Origin: an uncultured Alphaproteobacteria bacterium
Lineage (GTDB): Bacteria; Pseudomonadota; Alphaproteobacteria; Rhizobiales; Hyphomicrobiaceae
NCBI GenBank assembly: GCA_963814055.1
Contig: CAWFBJ010000031.1
Span: 199,039 to 263,038, forward strand
Length of the DNA stretch: 64,000 nt
Reading direction: 5' to 3'
Shown: positions 1-9,184 of the stretch, piece by piece
How positions within the stretch are numbered: the stretch's first letter is position 1
Layout of the letters: every line of letters begins with the position of its first letter
Notes under the pieces: model-generated
The model's database searches: none
What the model was told of the DNA's origin: nothing
Seen by the model: only the letters and a program-made list of their open reading frames with translations
Program-made: the position numbers and the translations under genes

Positions 1-737
1 AGCTTGCCGGCCAGGTCGAGACAATCGTTACCATCCTCACCAACCAGGAAGCATTGGCTGCCGTCTACGAGGGAGCGTCAGGGCTGCTTGCCGGTGACGT
101 CAGAGGCAAGCTCGTTATCGAGATGAGTACCGTGCAGCCGCACGAGGAAATGGCGCTGGCCGAGAAAGTCCAAGCCAGGGGCGCCATCTTCGTCGAGTGC
201 CCGGTGGGCGGGACGGTAGGTCCGGCGCGCCAGGGCAAGCTGCTGGGCTGCGCGGGCGGCACCAAGGAGGACTTCGAGAAGGCCAAGCCGCTGCTCGACC
301 AGATGTGCCGGCGCGTCGAGCTTATGGGGCCTGTGGGCTCCGGCGCCAGTATGAAGCTCGCGATCAATCTGCCGCTGCTTGTCTTCTATCAGGCCCTGGC
401 CGAGGCCTATGTGCTGTGCCGTCACCTCAAGCTGGACAACACGTGGCTGATGGAATTCCTGTCGGACACATCCGGCGGCCCCAATGTGCTCAAGAACCGC
501 GGCCCCTTCATCGCCAAGCCGCTCGACGGCAAGGATCCGGGCGCCGCCAATTTCGACATCGACCTGATCCGCAAGGATCTGGCGACCATGATCGCCGAGG
601 CCAAGCAGCGGGGCGCGAGCCTGCCGCTGGTGGAAAAGACGCTCGCCATCTACGATGATGCGGCTAAAGATGGCTGGGGCAAGCGTGACGGTGCGTGGCT
701 GCCGGCTTACTGGCCCAACCACGGCGCCAAATCGTAA
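1..737 (+). CDS. 3-hydroxyisobutyrate/beta-hydroxyacid dehydrogenase family protein, C-terminal part (5' end outside window)
   Basis: The frame is open from base 3. The translation ...VIEMSTVQP...FVECPVGGTVGPARQGKL...GSGASMKLAINL... matches the catalytic/C-terminal domain of the HIBADH family. Confidence 0.8.
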   Translation, partial: LAGQVETIVTILTNQEALAAVYEGASGLLAGDVRGKLVIEMSTVQPHEEMALAEKVQARGAIFVECPVGGTVGPARQGKLLGCAGGTKEDFEKAKPLLDQMCRRVELMGPVGSGASMKLAINLPLLVFYQALAEAYVLCRHLKLDNTWLMEFLSDTSGGPNVLKNRGPFIAKPLDGKDPGAANFDIDLIRKDLATMIAEAKQRGASLPLVEKTLAIYDDAAKDGWGKRDGAWLPAYWPNHGAKS

Positions 738-748
738 GGGGGATGCTG

Positions 749-1399
749 ATGAAGCTTTATACCTATTGGCGCTCGCTGGCGACCTTCCGGGTGCGCATTG
801 CGCTCAATCTCAAGGGCCTCAAGTATGAGGCGATCTACGTCGATCTCGACGGCGGACAGCAGAACAAGTCCGACTATAAAACGGTCAATCCGCAGATGGT
901 CATCCCCTCGCTGGTCGAGAACGACGGCAACGTGCTTTACCAGTCGCTGGCCATCATGGAATACCTCAATGAGGTGTACCCCGAGCCGCCGCTGCTGCCG
1001 GCCGATCCGAAAGGCCGCGCCCGCGTGCGGGCGCTGTCGCTGATCACGGTGGCGGATTCGCATCCCATCATCGTGCCGCGCGTGCGCAACCACCTGGCCG
1101 CGACCTTCAACCTTGATGAGGAAGGCAAGGCCAAGTGGGTGCGGCACTGGTTCGCCGCCGGGCTCGACGCCTACGAGGGGCACCTCTCCCGCGACAAGGC
1201 CACGGGCCTCTACTGCCACGGCGACACGGTAACCATGGCCGATCTTTGCCTGGTCAGCCATGCCGCCGGCACGCGTGTGTTCAAGGGCACAATCGACAAT
1301 CATCCGACCGTAAAGCGCATCGTCGAGCGCTGCCTGACGGACGAACGCTTTGCCAGCGCCCAGCCGCTGCGGCAGCCGGGGGCGCCGGCGGCGCACTAG
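749..1399 (+). CDS. maiA: maleylacetoacetate isomerase (zeta-class glutathione S-transferase)
   Basis: MKLYTYWRSLATFRVRIALNLKG...NPQMVIPSL...QSLAIMEYL is the typical GST-zeta N-terminus. An AAGGGGG ribosome-binding site lies at 736-742 ahead of the ATG at 749. The ORF-track start at 695 overlaps the upstream gene. Confidence 0.85.
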   Translation: MKLYTYWRSLATFRVRIALNLKGLKYEAIYVDLDGGQQNKSDYKTVNPQMVIPSLVENDGNVLYQSLAIMEYLNEVYPEPPLLPADPKGRARVRALSLITVADSHPIIVPRVRNHLAATFNLDEEGKAKWVRHWFAAGLDAYEGHLSRDKATGLYCHGDTVTMADLCLVSHAAGTRVFKGTIDNHPTVKRIVERCLTDERFASAQPLRQPGAPAAH

Positions 1400-1419
1400 T
1401 GCGATAGGCTGGACTGGCG

Positions 1420-1827
1420 ATGGCGAAGACCGACTACAAATCCGTTGCTGAGTATATCGGCGCACAGCCAGATGAGGTGCAACGCGTGCTCAAGCGGGTG
1501 CGCGCGGCCATCCGCGCTGCGCTCCCACGCGCCGAGGAAGTGATCTCCTACCAAATCCCGGCCTACAAGCACGACGGCAGCGCTGTCATCTACTTCGCGG
1601 GGTGGAAGGAGCACTATTCGCTTTATCCAGTGTCCGAACGTCTGGTGGCGGCGCTGGAGAAAGAGCTGGCGCCCTATGCCTTCAGCAAGGGGACCATGCG
1701 CCTGCCATTGGACGAGCCCGTGCCCGGGAAATTGATCGCGCGCATCGCCAAGTTGCGCGCCAAGGAGGTGGCGGAGCTGCAGAAAGCAAAAGCGGCAGCG
1801 AAAATGGCCAAGCGCGCCGCAAAGTAA
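1420..1827 (+). CDS. DUF1801 (YdhG-like) domain protein
   Basis: The 135-aa ORF reads ...SVAEYIGAQPDEVQRVLKRVRAAIRAALPRAEEVISYQIPAYKHDG..., a typical DUF1801 pattern. Its C-terminal tail is Lys/Ala-rich. Confidence 0.6.
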   Translation: MAKTDYKSVAEYIGAQPDEVQRVLKRVRAAIRAALPRAEEVISYQIPAYKHDGSAVIYFAGWKEHYSLYPVSERLVAALEKELAPYAFSKGTMRLPLDEPVPGKLIARIAKLRAKEVAELQKAKAAAKMAKRAAK

Positions 1828-1927
1828 TCGGACGCATCCCTGGCTTCACCGAAACGGGATGGCCGTTCATTCTTGATAAGGCATATCCGCAAAGTGCCGG
1901 GTAACGGCTCCCCGCCTAGGGTGAGCC

Positions 1928-2563
1928 ATGGTCGACGTTCACTTCGTTCCTCGCACGGGATGGCGACGCGCGCGCTGGCGCATCGTCGGGAGTTCCCGCG
2001 TGCGGAGACTACTTCAACGGCCGCAGGACCTGGCACGACGGGTTTGGCGATGTGCGCGGCGCGTGTGGGGGCTTGTCGCGTTCGCACTGCTGATTGCGGG
2101 CGGCTCGGTGCTTTATTTCGGCAAGGGCGCAGCCGGTGTATCGCCGATCCGGCCTTTCAACGCCATGGCGGTCGATGGCGATACGCTGCGCGTAGGCGGT
2201 CAACGCATCCGGCTCATCGGCATCGATGCGCCCGAACTGTCCCAGTCTTGCCGCGATGAGCATGGACGCCATTGGCTGTGCGGGAGCGAGGCGCACGCCC
2301 GGCTGCGCTCGCTCGTAGGGCTCGGCCTGGTCGAGTGCACATCAAGCTCGGCGGACCGCTATGGCCGGCCACTAGCGGTTTGCTCGGCCGGTACGGTTCC
2401 CGACATTGGCGAGGCCATGGTGCGCGCAGGCTACGCGGTGAGCTTCATGAGCCCGAGGTATTGGCTGGCGGAGCTGGAAGCGCGTTATCACAAGCGCGGT
2501 TTGTGGAGCGGCTCGTTCGTGAGCCCGGCGAATTGGCGCAAAAGCCATCGCGACTCTGGCTAA
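1928..2563 (+). CDS. thermonuclease (staphylococcal nuclease-like) family protein with N-terminal membrane anchor
   Basis: The motif ...VDGDTLRVGGQRIRLIGIDAPE...DRYGRPLAVC...MVRAGYA...ARYHKRGLW is SNase-like. It follows the hydrophobic segment VWGLVAFALLIAGGSVLYF. The exact start is uncertain. Confidence 0.65.
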   Translation: MVDVHFVPRTGWRRARWRIVGSSRVRRLLQRPQDLARRVWRCARRVWGLVAFALLIAGGSVLYFGKGAAGVSPIRPFNAMAVDGDTLRVGGQRIRLIGIDAPELSQSCRDEHGRHWLCGSEAHARLRSLVGLGLVECTSSSADRYGRPLAVCSAGTVPDIGEAMVRAGYAVSFMSPRYWLAELEARYHKRGLWSGSFVSPANWRKSHRDSG

Positions 2564-2580
2564 TTTGCCAGCGAACGTTC

Positions 2581-3474
2581 TCAGAATCCGTACAGCCGCT
2601 TGGGGTTGTCGACGAACACACGCTTGCGCGCGGCTTCGTCCGGCACCCAGTCAGCCAGGACGTCGAGCAACTCTCCGACATTGGGCATGTGTTTGGGCGG
2701 CCAGGTCGCGACGTGGGGCCAGTCGGAACCCCACACGCAGCGATCCGGCGCCGCTTCGTGCAGCGCCCGCGCCAAGGGAATCGTGTCGCGGTAGGGCGGG
2801 CCTTCGGCGGTGACGCGGAAGGCACCGGACAGCTTCACCCAGCCGCCGTCGCGCACCAGCGAAACCAGGGTCTGGAAATCCTTGTCCTGCACGCCGTCGG
2901 CAGCCGAGGGATGTCCCATGTGATCGACGATGAACGGCACCGGCAGCTTGCCGAGCGTGGGCGCGATCGGCGTCAGGTGTTTGGTGCCGGCCAGGAACTG
3001 CAAATGCCAGCCCAGTTCCCGGCACAGCGCGCCGTAGTCCGCCAAGCGCTCCAGGCCTATGCCGCCGCCGAACAGCACGTTGAGCCGGAGTCCGACGACG
3101 CCCGCATCTTGCATGTCGCGATAGGCCTTGTCGGATAGGCCGAGCGGCGCCACGGCTATGCCGCGCAGGCGCTGCCGATTGGCGCGCACGGTCTCCAGCA
3201 TGAGCCGGTTGTCGATGCCGTGCGCGCTGACCTGGATCAGCACGCCATATGCCATGCCCGTGCCTTCGAGCATGGCGACATAGGCCGAGGGTGATGCGGC
3301 AGGCGGCGTATAGGCGCGCTCGTCCACGAAGGGATAGGCCGGCGGCAGGCCGATCACATGCGCGTGCGTGTCGACCGCACCGGGCGGCACGGTGTATCGC
3401 GTAGGCCCGTGCGGATCGGGAGCAGGCCCCGGACAGGCGCGCGCACCTTCCGGATTGGACGGCGTCTCACCCAT
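2581..3474 (-). CDS. amidohydrolase_2 family protein (LigI lactonase / ACMSD decarboxylase fold)
   Basis: VDTHAHV...VDHMGH...VWGSDWPH are metal-ligand motifs of the PF04909-type TIM-barrel amidohydrolases. The start overlaps the downstream gene's stop by 8 nt (ATGGGTGA). Confidence 0.75.
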   Translation of the reverse strand: MGETPSNPEGARACPGPAPDPHGPTRYTVPPGAVDTHAHVIGLPPAYPFVDERAYTPPAASPSAYVAMLEGTGMAYGVLIQVSAHGIDNRLMLETVRANRQRLRGIAVAPLGLSDKAYRDMQDAGVVGLRLNVLFGGGIGLERLADYGALCRELGWHLQFLAGTKHLTPIAPTLGKLPVPFIVDHMGHPSAADGVQDKDFQTLVSLVRDGGWVKLSGAFRVTAEGPPYRDTIPLARALHEAAPDRCVWGSDWPHVATWPPKHMPNVGELLDVLADWVPDEAARKRVFVDNPKRLYGF

Positions 3475-4396
3475 TGCTTGTTCTTAGCAAAGGCAGGTTC
3501 GCTCCACCTGCGCCGAAGAACTCTTCGATCTGGGCGGCCACCCAAGCCGGGCGCGTGACCGTCGGTACGTGCCCCGCACCCTCGGCGACGACGAGCCGGG
3601 CGTTGGGAAGCAGCGAGACCAGCCTTTCCGAAGATGCCATGGGCGTGATGGCGTCGCGACTGCCGTGAATGACGAGGGTTGGCAGCTCCAGACTGCCGAG
3701 CCGGGATTCGATATCGATGCCTTGGAGGCACTCCATCAGGTCGATTGCCGCTGCTGCGTTCGATCGCTTGACGATCATCTTGCCCCAAGCTTTCTCGGCC
3801 TCGCATTCCTCCTCGGGCACGCATGCGTTGACGAAAGCATCCATGGTCGCTGAAAAATCCACACGGCATCCCTGGATCAATCGATCCTGCTGAGGCGTCC
3901 TGTCGCCGACATAACGGCCATCGACGATAACAAGCCCTGCGAAGCGCTGAGGCTGACGGAGCGCGGCCTCGAGAACGATCGCGGCGCCTGCCAACTCGCC
4001 GGCCAGTACACACCGTTCGATCTCGAGCCGGTCGAGAACCTCGAATAGATCGGCAATCAACATTTCATAGGTGATCTTTGGTGCGGTGTGCACCGTTCCG
4101 CCGGTGCCGCGATGATCGTAAGTGACAGTTCTCCAGGTCCTGCTCAGGTTCTCAAACGGCGGCAGCCAGAGCTCGCCACTGCCTACCCAACCGCCATGGG
4201 CAACAAAGGTATGCTCCCCCGCTCCAAACGCCGAAACGAGGATGTTCGCATCACCGGTCTTGAGAAACACGCAAAGCCTCCTGCACCCACCGTCGGGCAA
4301 CCTACGATATACCACCCGGGTTGTCTGCCCGGCCGGGGTATCGGGCGTTAGCCGCGCTAGCGCTGGGATGACGGGGGAAGCGGCGAGGTTCTCCAA
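3467..4396 (-). CDS. alpha/beta-fold hydrolase family protein with atypical nucleophile elbow (G-E-L-A-G)
   Basis: The fold markers HGGW..., ...YDHRGTG..., IHGSRDAITP and GAGHVP are present. The nucleophile elbow reads AGELAGAA (TTG Leu codon at 3992-3994) instead of G-x-S-x-G. Confidence 0.7.
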   Translation of the reverse strand: MENLAASPVIPALARLTPDTPAGQTTRVVYRRLPDGGCRRLCVFLKTGDANILVSAFGAGEHTFVAHGGWVGSGELWLPPFENLSRTWRTVTYDHRGTGGTVHTAPKITYEMLIADLFEVLDRLEIERCVLAGELAGAAIVLEAALRQPQRFAGLVIVDGRYVGDRTPQQDRLIQGCRVDFSATMDAFVNACVPEEECEAEKAWGKMIVKRSNAAAAIDLMECLQGIDIESRLGSLELPTLVIHGSRDAITPMASSERLVSLLPNARLVVAEGAGHVPTVTRPAWVAAQIEEFFGAGGANLPLLRTSNG

Positions 4397-4452
4397 GCAG
4401 CGGCTGGCGGAGTTCCTGGTGTCAGTGCCGAAGCGGGGGATTGTAGGGGAAA

Positions 4453-5115
4453 TCAGCGACGCCGAAGCAGATCGGAAAGGGTCATAGGTAGCGTCGGTGG
4501 AGGGTCGAGGTAGTCAATCATAGCATTCAAGGTTGGGGGCAACTTTGACTGCGGCTGCGGTTGAAAAGTTGGTTCGGTGTAAGCCTGAGCGCGGCGCGCT
4601 GCTTCGACGGCGCGCCGCTGCCGCTCAGCCTCTTTGGCGGCGGCGATGCGGTGAGAGGCCTGGGCTTCGATCGCCTGCCGACGATCTGCTGGTACGCAAC
4701 GCAGCAAGGCTTCGCGAATAGAATCCCCTCGCCATCGCACGGGTGGGATTGTCGCCAACCGCGTGGGCAAGCGCGGGACCCGCATTTGACCATTGGCGAG
4801 AATTGGGATGATGGGCACGCCATAGGCGAAGGCAGCGTTGATTTCAAACTGCATCCACGGGCTATTATTCGCGTACATGCCGGCCATGATCAGCAGCGCA
4901 TCCATGCGATAAATAATGCCGCAAAGCTCGCGAGCGAGTTCTGGGTCGGTGTCGGCGTTCAGTGGATGCGCGCGCGAGATGGAATAGTCCTGAAAATCCA
5001 ACCCTCGCACCCAAGGCTGTAAGATCGCGTGAAGGCCGTCGCGGTGGCGCCTGTGAGTCCAGGAATGCGATGCGAAGAAGTGGATCTTGGCGTCCACTGG
5101 GTGCAGAATCGTCAT
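4453..5115 (-). CDS. TIR-like domain protein (DUF1863/TIR_2-type) with coiled-coil and Pro-rich C-terminal tail
   Basis: KIHFFASHSW...MDALLIMAGMYANNSPWMQFEINAAFAYGVPIIPIL matches the strand-helix layout and the S-x-W-x-x-x-E-I motif of DUF1863/TIR-like domains, judged from memory of the family. Local G+C is about 52-55% against about 65% in the flanks. The start is taken at the ATG at 5115; the ORF extends to 5172. Confidence 0.45.
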   Translation of the reverse strand: MTILHPVDAKIHFFASHSWTHRRHRDGLHAILQPWVRGLDFQDYSISRAHPLNADTDPELARELCGIIYRMDALLIMAGMYANNSPWMQFEINAAFAYGVPIIPILANGQMRVPRLPTRLATIPPVRWRGDSIREALLRCVPADRRQAIEAQASHRIAAAKEAERQRRAVEAARRAQAYTEPTFQPQPQSKLPPTLNAMIDYLDPPPTLPMTLSDLLRRR

Positions 5116-5232
5116 GCCGAACGATAGCACGGATTCCGAGGCGGTGTGCGCCCGCAATTCCAGGAAAAGCACAGCTAAGAAGACGTCCAGCCGAACGGTC
5201 AGGCCCTCAAGGGCTCCAAATCTGACGCATGA

Positions 5233-7749
5233 TCAGGGGCGTCCGCCGAATAGGCGGCCGAGGAGGCTCCCGCCAGCGGCTGATGGAGCTTGGCCCGCAG
5301 CGGCAACAGGCGGTGGTGCGGCCGGCGTCGGCCTGTAGGTGGCAGCCGATACCTCAGGCCACCGTGCCGGCACTTTGCCGAGCGCGGACAGGATGCGCTC
5401 CGGCGTGAACGGCTGGGCGAACACTTTCGCGTCGAAAGGCTTCAGCGCGTCGTTGATGGCGTTCATGATCGCCGCCGGTGCTCCCGCAGTGCCGGCCTCG
5501 CCGGCACCTTTGGCTCCCAGCAGGGATTCCTTCGTCGGCGTCTCGACGTGGCCGACCTCGATGTCGGGCATCTCCGCCGACATCGGCACCAGGTAGTCGG
5601 CCATGGAGCCGATCAGGAGCTGGCCCTCGGGTGAATAGATGCAGTGCTCGTAGAGCGCGCCGCCGATACCCTGCACGATGCCGCCGCGCACCTGCTCGTC
5701 CACCAGCAGCGGGTTGATGATGCGGCCGCAGTCTTCCACGCACCAGTGCTTCAGGAGCTTCACCATGCCGGTGTCGACATCCACCTCGAGCCAGCAGGCC
5801 TGCACGCCGTTGGTGAAGGCGAACGGGTATTCCTTGGTGATGAAATGCCGCGTCTGCATCAACTCGCGCGGCAGGTCGGGCGGCAGCGTGTCGCCGCGGA
5901 AGTAGACGATGCGGGATAACTCGGCGAGCGGCATGCGCGACTGGCCGGTGGCCTTCTCGATGATCTCGCCGTTGATGAGATCGAGCGCGTCGGGAGATGC
6001 CTGGAGCATGGCGCCGGCTATCTTGAGTGTGGCTTCCTTGACCGCGATGCCGGCCTGCAACGCCGCCTCGCCGCCGATGCCGGCGCCGCGGCAGGCCCAG
6101 GTGCCGCCGCCGTAGGGCGTCGTGAGCGTGTCGCCGGTGATCACGCGCACTTGGTCGATGGGCACGCCGACGCCCTCGGCGACGATCTGGCGGATGATGG
6201 CCTCGGTGCCCTGGCCCTGTTCGGTGACGCCGGTGGCGGCCACGACGGAGCCGTCGGGATCGATGCGCACCGTGCAGCCATCCTGCGCCGAGATGCGTGC
6301 GCCGCCGATGCCGTACATGAAGGGGCTGGGGTTGGTCAGCTCGATGAAGCTCGCGAAACCGATGCCGCGATGGATGCCCTTGGCGCGCAATTGCTCCTGT
6401 TCCGCGCGCAATGCCGGGTAGTCGATCATGTCGAGCAGCTTGGCCAGCGAGGCCTCGTGGCTGAGCCCTTCGAACTTCATGCCGGCCGGCGACGTGCGCG
6501 GATAGGTGCCGTCCTGCATCAGGTTGCGGCGGCGGAATTCGACGGGATCGAGGCCAACGGCTTCCGCGGCGAGATCGACCAGGCCTTCCGTCACCGCGCT
6601 GGCAATCGGGTGGCCGACGGCGCGGTACTGGCAGGTGGGCGTCTTGTTCTGGAACACCACCGTGGTCTTGGCGCGGTAGTTGGGGAAGTCGTAGGGCCCG
6701 CCGATCAGGTTCACGACCTGGTTGCCTTCGACAGCGCTGGTGCGCGGGTAGACCGAATAGGGGCCGATGCCGGTCAGGTCGTCGATGTCGATGGCGGTGA
6801 TGCGGCCCTCGGCATCCACGGCCATGCGGCCGGTGATGCGGTGGTCGCGGGCGTGGATGTCGGTCGCAAAGCTTTCCAGCCGGTCGGCGATGAACTTGAC
6901 CGGGCGCGCCAGCATCTTGGCGATGACGGCGGTGGCCACCTCGTCGGGATAGACGTGCACCTTGATGCCGTAGCTGCCGCCGACGTCGGTGCAGATCACG
7001 CGCACGTCGCCCTCGGGCAGCCGCATGTGCTTGGCGAACACGCCCTGCATCATGTGCGGCGCCTGGGTCGAGTGATAAACGGTGAGCTTGGCGGAAGCAC
7101 GGTTGTAGTCGGCCAGGATCGAGCGCGGCTCCAGCGTCACGCCCGTGTGCCGGCCCGTATGGAACGTGGCCTCGACGACCTTGTGGGCGGCAGCGAAGGC
7201 CTCATCCACCTTGCCGCTCTCGTTGACGCGCTGGAAGCACAGGTTGTCGCCGAGGTCGGGATGGATCACCGGCGCATCCGGCGCCAGCGCGGTCTCCATG
7301 TCCACGGCTGCCGGCAGCGGCTCGTAGGCCACGTTGACCTTGGTAACCGCGTCTTCCGCGATGGCCCGGCTCTCGGCCACCACGGCGGCCACGGCCTCGC
7401 CGACCCAGGTGGCGCGCTCCAGCGGCAGCGGATGCTGCGGGGCGGACTTCATGCCCTTGAGGTGGACGAGAACCGACACCCACGGCTCGCAATGCTTGCT
7501 GAGATCCTTGCCCGTGAAAATTCGCAACACACCCGGCAACTTCAGCGCATCCGCAGCGTCGATGCCGACGATGCGTGCGTGTGCGTGCGGGCTGCGGACG
7601 AACGCCACGTGCACCATGCGCGGCAGGATCACGTCGTCGACGTATTGGCCGCGGCCTTCCACCAGCTTCTTGGCATTGGGGCGCGGGATGGACTTGCCGA
7701 TGTAGGAGTTCGGCCGGTCGACGGAGCGGGGATCGATGATCTCGTTCAT
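5233..7749 (-). CDS. molybdopterin-dependent hydroxylase, large subunit (xanthine dehydrogenase/CoxL family; not a bona fide CO dehydrogenase)
   Basis: The 838-aa product begins MNEIIDPRSVDRPNSYIGKSIPRPNAKKLVEGRGQYVDD... The active-site loop reads TCQYRAVGHP rather than the AYRCSFR loop of CO dehydrogenases. An ATGA overlap joins it to the small-subunit gene. The ORF-track entry 5233..8259 is an upstream read-through. Confidence 0.9.
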   Translation of the reverse strand: MNEIIDPRSVDRPNSYIGKSIPRPNAKKLVEGRGQYVDDVILPRMVHVAFVRSPHAHARIVGIDAADALKLPGVLRIFTGKDLSKHCEPWVSVLVHLKGMKSAPQHPLPLERATWVGEAVAAVVAESRAIAEDAVTKVNVAYEPLPAAVDMETALAPDAPVIHPDLGDNLCFQRVNESGKVDEAFAAAHKVVEATFHTGRHTGVTLEPRSILADYNRASAKLTVYHSTQAPHMMQGVFAKHMRLPEGDVRVICTDVGGSYGIKVHVYPDEVATAVIAKMLARPVKFIADRLESFATDIHARDHRITGRMAVDAEGRITAIDIDDLTGIGPYSVYPRTSAVEGNQVVNLIGGPYDFPNYRAKTTVVFQNKTPTCQYRAVGHPIASAVTEGLVDLAAEAVGLDPVEFRRRNLMQDGTYPRTSPAGMKFEGLSHEASLAKLLDMIDYPALRAEQEQLRAKGIHRGIGFASFIELTNPSPFMYGIGGARISAQDGCTVRIDPDGSVVAATGVTEQGQGTEAIIRQIVAEGVGVPIDQVRVITGDTLTTPYGGGTWACRGAGIGGEAALQAGIAVKEATLKIAGAMLQASPDALDLINGEIIEKATGQSRMPLAELSRIVYFRGDTLPPDLPRELMQTRHFITKEYPFAFTNGVQACWLEVDVDTGMVKLLKHWCVEDCGRIINPLLVDEQVRGGIVQGIGGALYEHCIYSPEGQLLIGSMADYLVPMSAEMPDIEVGHVETPTKESLLGAKGAGEAGTAGAPAAIMNAINDALKPFDAKVFAQPFTPERILSALGKVPARWPEVSAATYRPTPAAPPPVAAAGQAPSAAGGSLLGRLFGGRP

Positions 7750-8234
7750 GACGCGGCCTTTGGGTTGCGCTGTTTTGCAACCGTCTCGACCGCATCGACG
7801 ATGGCGTGATAGCCGGTGCAGCGGCAGTAGTTGCCGGACAGGTATTCGCGGATTTCCTCGCGCGTCGGATCGGCCTTGGAGGCCAGGAGATCGGCGGCGG
7901 TCAGCAGCATGCCGGGCGTACAGTAGCCGCACTGGCAGGCGTTGCGGGCGACGAAGGCGTCCTGCAGGTCGCGGATCTCGCCGGAGTCGGATACGCCCTC
8001 GATAGTCTCGACCTTGGCGCCGTCGAGCGAGACGGCCAGCACCAGGCACCCGCGCACGATCTTGCCGTCGACCCGCACCGTGCAGGCACCGCATAGGCCA
8101 TGCTCGCAACCCGTGTGCGTGCCCATCAGGCCGAGGTCGAGGCGGAGAAAATCGATTAGGTGCTGTCGTGCCTCCACGCGGCGCGTGACGCGCTCGCCGT
8201 TGACCGTCAGTGCGATGTCCCGTGCGGTGCTCAT
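7746..8234 (-). CDS. (2Fe-2S)-binding small subunit of the Mo-hydroxylase (CoxS family)
   Basis: The 162-aa product carries both cluster motifs, GCEHGLCGACTV and CQCGYCTPGM...NYCRCTGY. ATGA overlaps occur at both ends. Confidence 0.9.
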   Translation of the reverse strand: MSTARDIALTVNGERVTRRVEARQHLIDFLRLDLGLMGTHTGCEHGLCGACTVRVDGKIVRGCLVLAVSLDGAKVETIEGVSDSGEIRDLQDAFVARNACQCGYCTPGMLLTAADLLASKADPTREEIREYLSGNYCRCTGYHAIVDAVETVAKQRNPKAAS

Positions 8235-9107
8235 GCTGCGCGGGCCTCCTCGCGGCCAACTAGGCGATTGAGGGCACGGGCGAGCAGAACGCGGGCAAGA
8301 TGGCGCTTCATGTCGGGGGTTCCGTGCTGATCTGCGGCCGGGTCGAGATCGCTGTCGAGCGCGGCCTGTGCCGTCGCGATCGTCTCGGGCATCACCTGCT
8401 TGCCGCCCGCGGCCGCCATCGCTTGTTCGGCCAGTCACCGGCCCATCGCCGACCCCGAAGAACACGAGCCGTGGGTCGACGAGCGTGGTGCCCGCGATTT
8501 TCGCCCGGACCGCGATGCCGGCCATGGCGTAGTCGCCGGAGCGGCGCGCCAGCTCGATGATGGTGCTGCGCTCGCCCGGCTTGGCGACGGGAAACTCGAT
8601 CGCGGCAATCAGCTCGTGGGGGCGCAGTGCTGTTGTGTAGAGGCCGGTGAAGAACTCGGCAGCCGGAATGCGCCGTTCGTCCGCGGCGTTGCGCGCAACG
8701 ATGACGGCATCGAGAGCGACACAGCAGGCCGGCAACTCGGCGGCCGGATCGGCAAAGGCGAGCGAGCCGCCGATGGTGCCGCGATTGCGGATGGCGGCAT
8801 GGGCGATCAGTGGTACGGCCTCGGCCAGCAGAGGCAGATGGCCGCGCACGAGCTCGTTGCCCGCAAGCTCGGCGTGCGTGGTGAGCGCCGCGACGCGGAT
8901 CGCAGCACCGGACTGAGCAATGCCGCGCAGCTCCCCCACACGCGAGATATCGACCAGCGTGCTGGGCTCGGAGAGGCGAAAGGCGAGCGTGGCGAGCAGG
9001 CTCTGCCCGCCCGCCAGCAGTTTGGCCTCGGGGCCCGCGTCGCGCCAGAGATTGAAAGCATCGGTGAGCGACGTCGCCCGGACATAGGCGAATGGCGGCG
9101 CCTTCAT
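8231..9107 (-). pseudogene. FAD-binding medium subunit of the Mo-hydroxylase (CoxM family), interrupted by one frameshift
   Basis: The N-terminal 225 aa (MKAPPFAYVRATSL...LLAGGQSL...) are in one frame. The conserved C-terminus (AEQAMAAAGGKQV...DMKRHLARVLLARAL) is in another (ORF 8231..8419). The switch lies at about 8420-8436. The length of 877 nt equals 3n+1, consistent with a single-base insertion. Confidence 0.85.
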
Positions 9108-9184
9108 GGGCGGTACGTCTCCCTGATGGTGCGCTCTTCGAGTGACATGGCGCTTGACCAGTCTATGGGGCCGTTCCCCGGTCA

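Noticed and set aside
4453-5172. A Thoeris or other multi-gene TIR defence system around the TIR-like gene.
   Set aside because: Both neighbours are ordinary catabolic genes, and there is no ThsA-like SIR2/SLOG/Macro gene, cyclase or effector. It is therefore reported only as an orphan TIR-like gene.
6151-7809. Long plus-strand ORF (552 aa) antisense to the Mo-hydroxylase large subunit. Similar long ORFs occur at 10472..11863, 20741..22765, 24081..25331, 27475..28413, 35698..37071, 48352..49683, 54231..55892 and 61697..62971.
   Set aside because: Their translations are Arg/Ala/Gly/His/Asp-rich and low in complexity, with no family motifs. Each lies opposite a gene with clear conserved motifs. 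These are typical antisense open frames of high-GC DNA.
5233-9107. Annotation of the CoxLSM-like genes as aerobic carbon monoxide dehydrogenase.
   Set aside because: The large-subunit active-site loop reads TCQYRAVGHP instead of AYRCSFR (form I) or AYRGAGR (form II). No coxDEFG accessory genes are present. The operon is led by a ring-cleavage dioxygenase.
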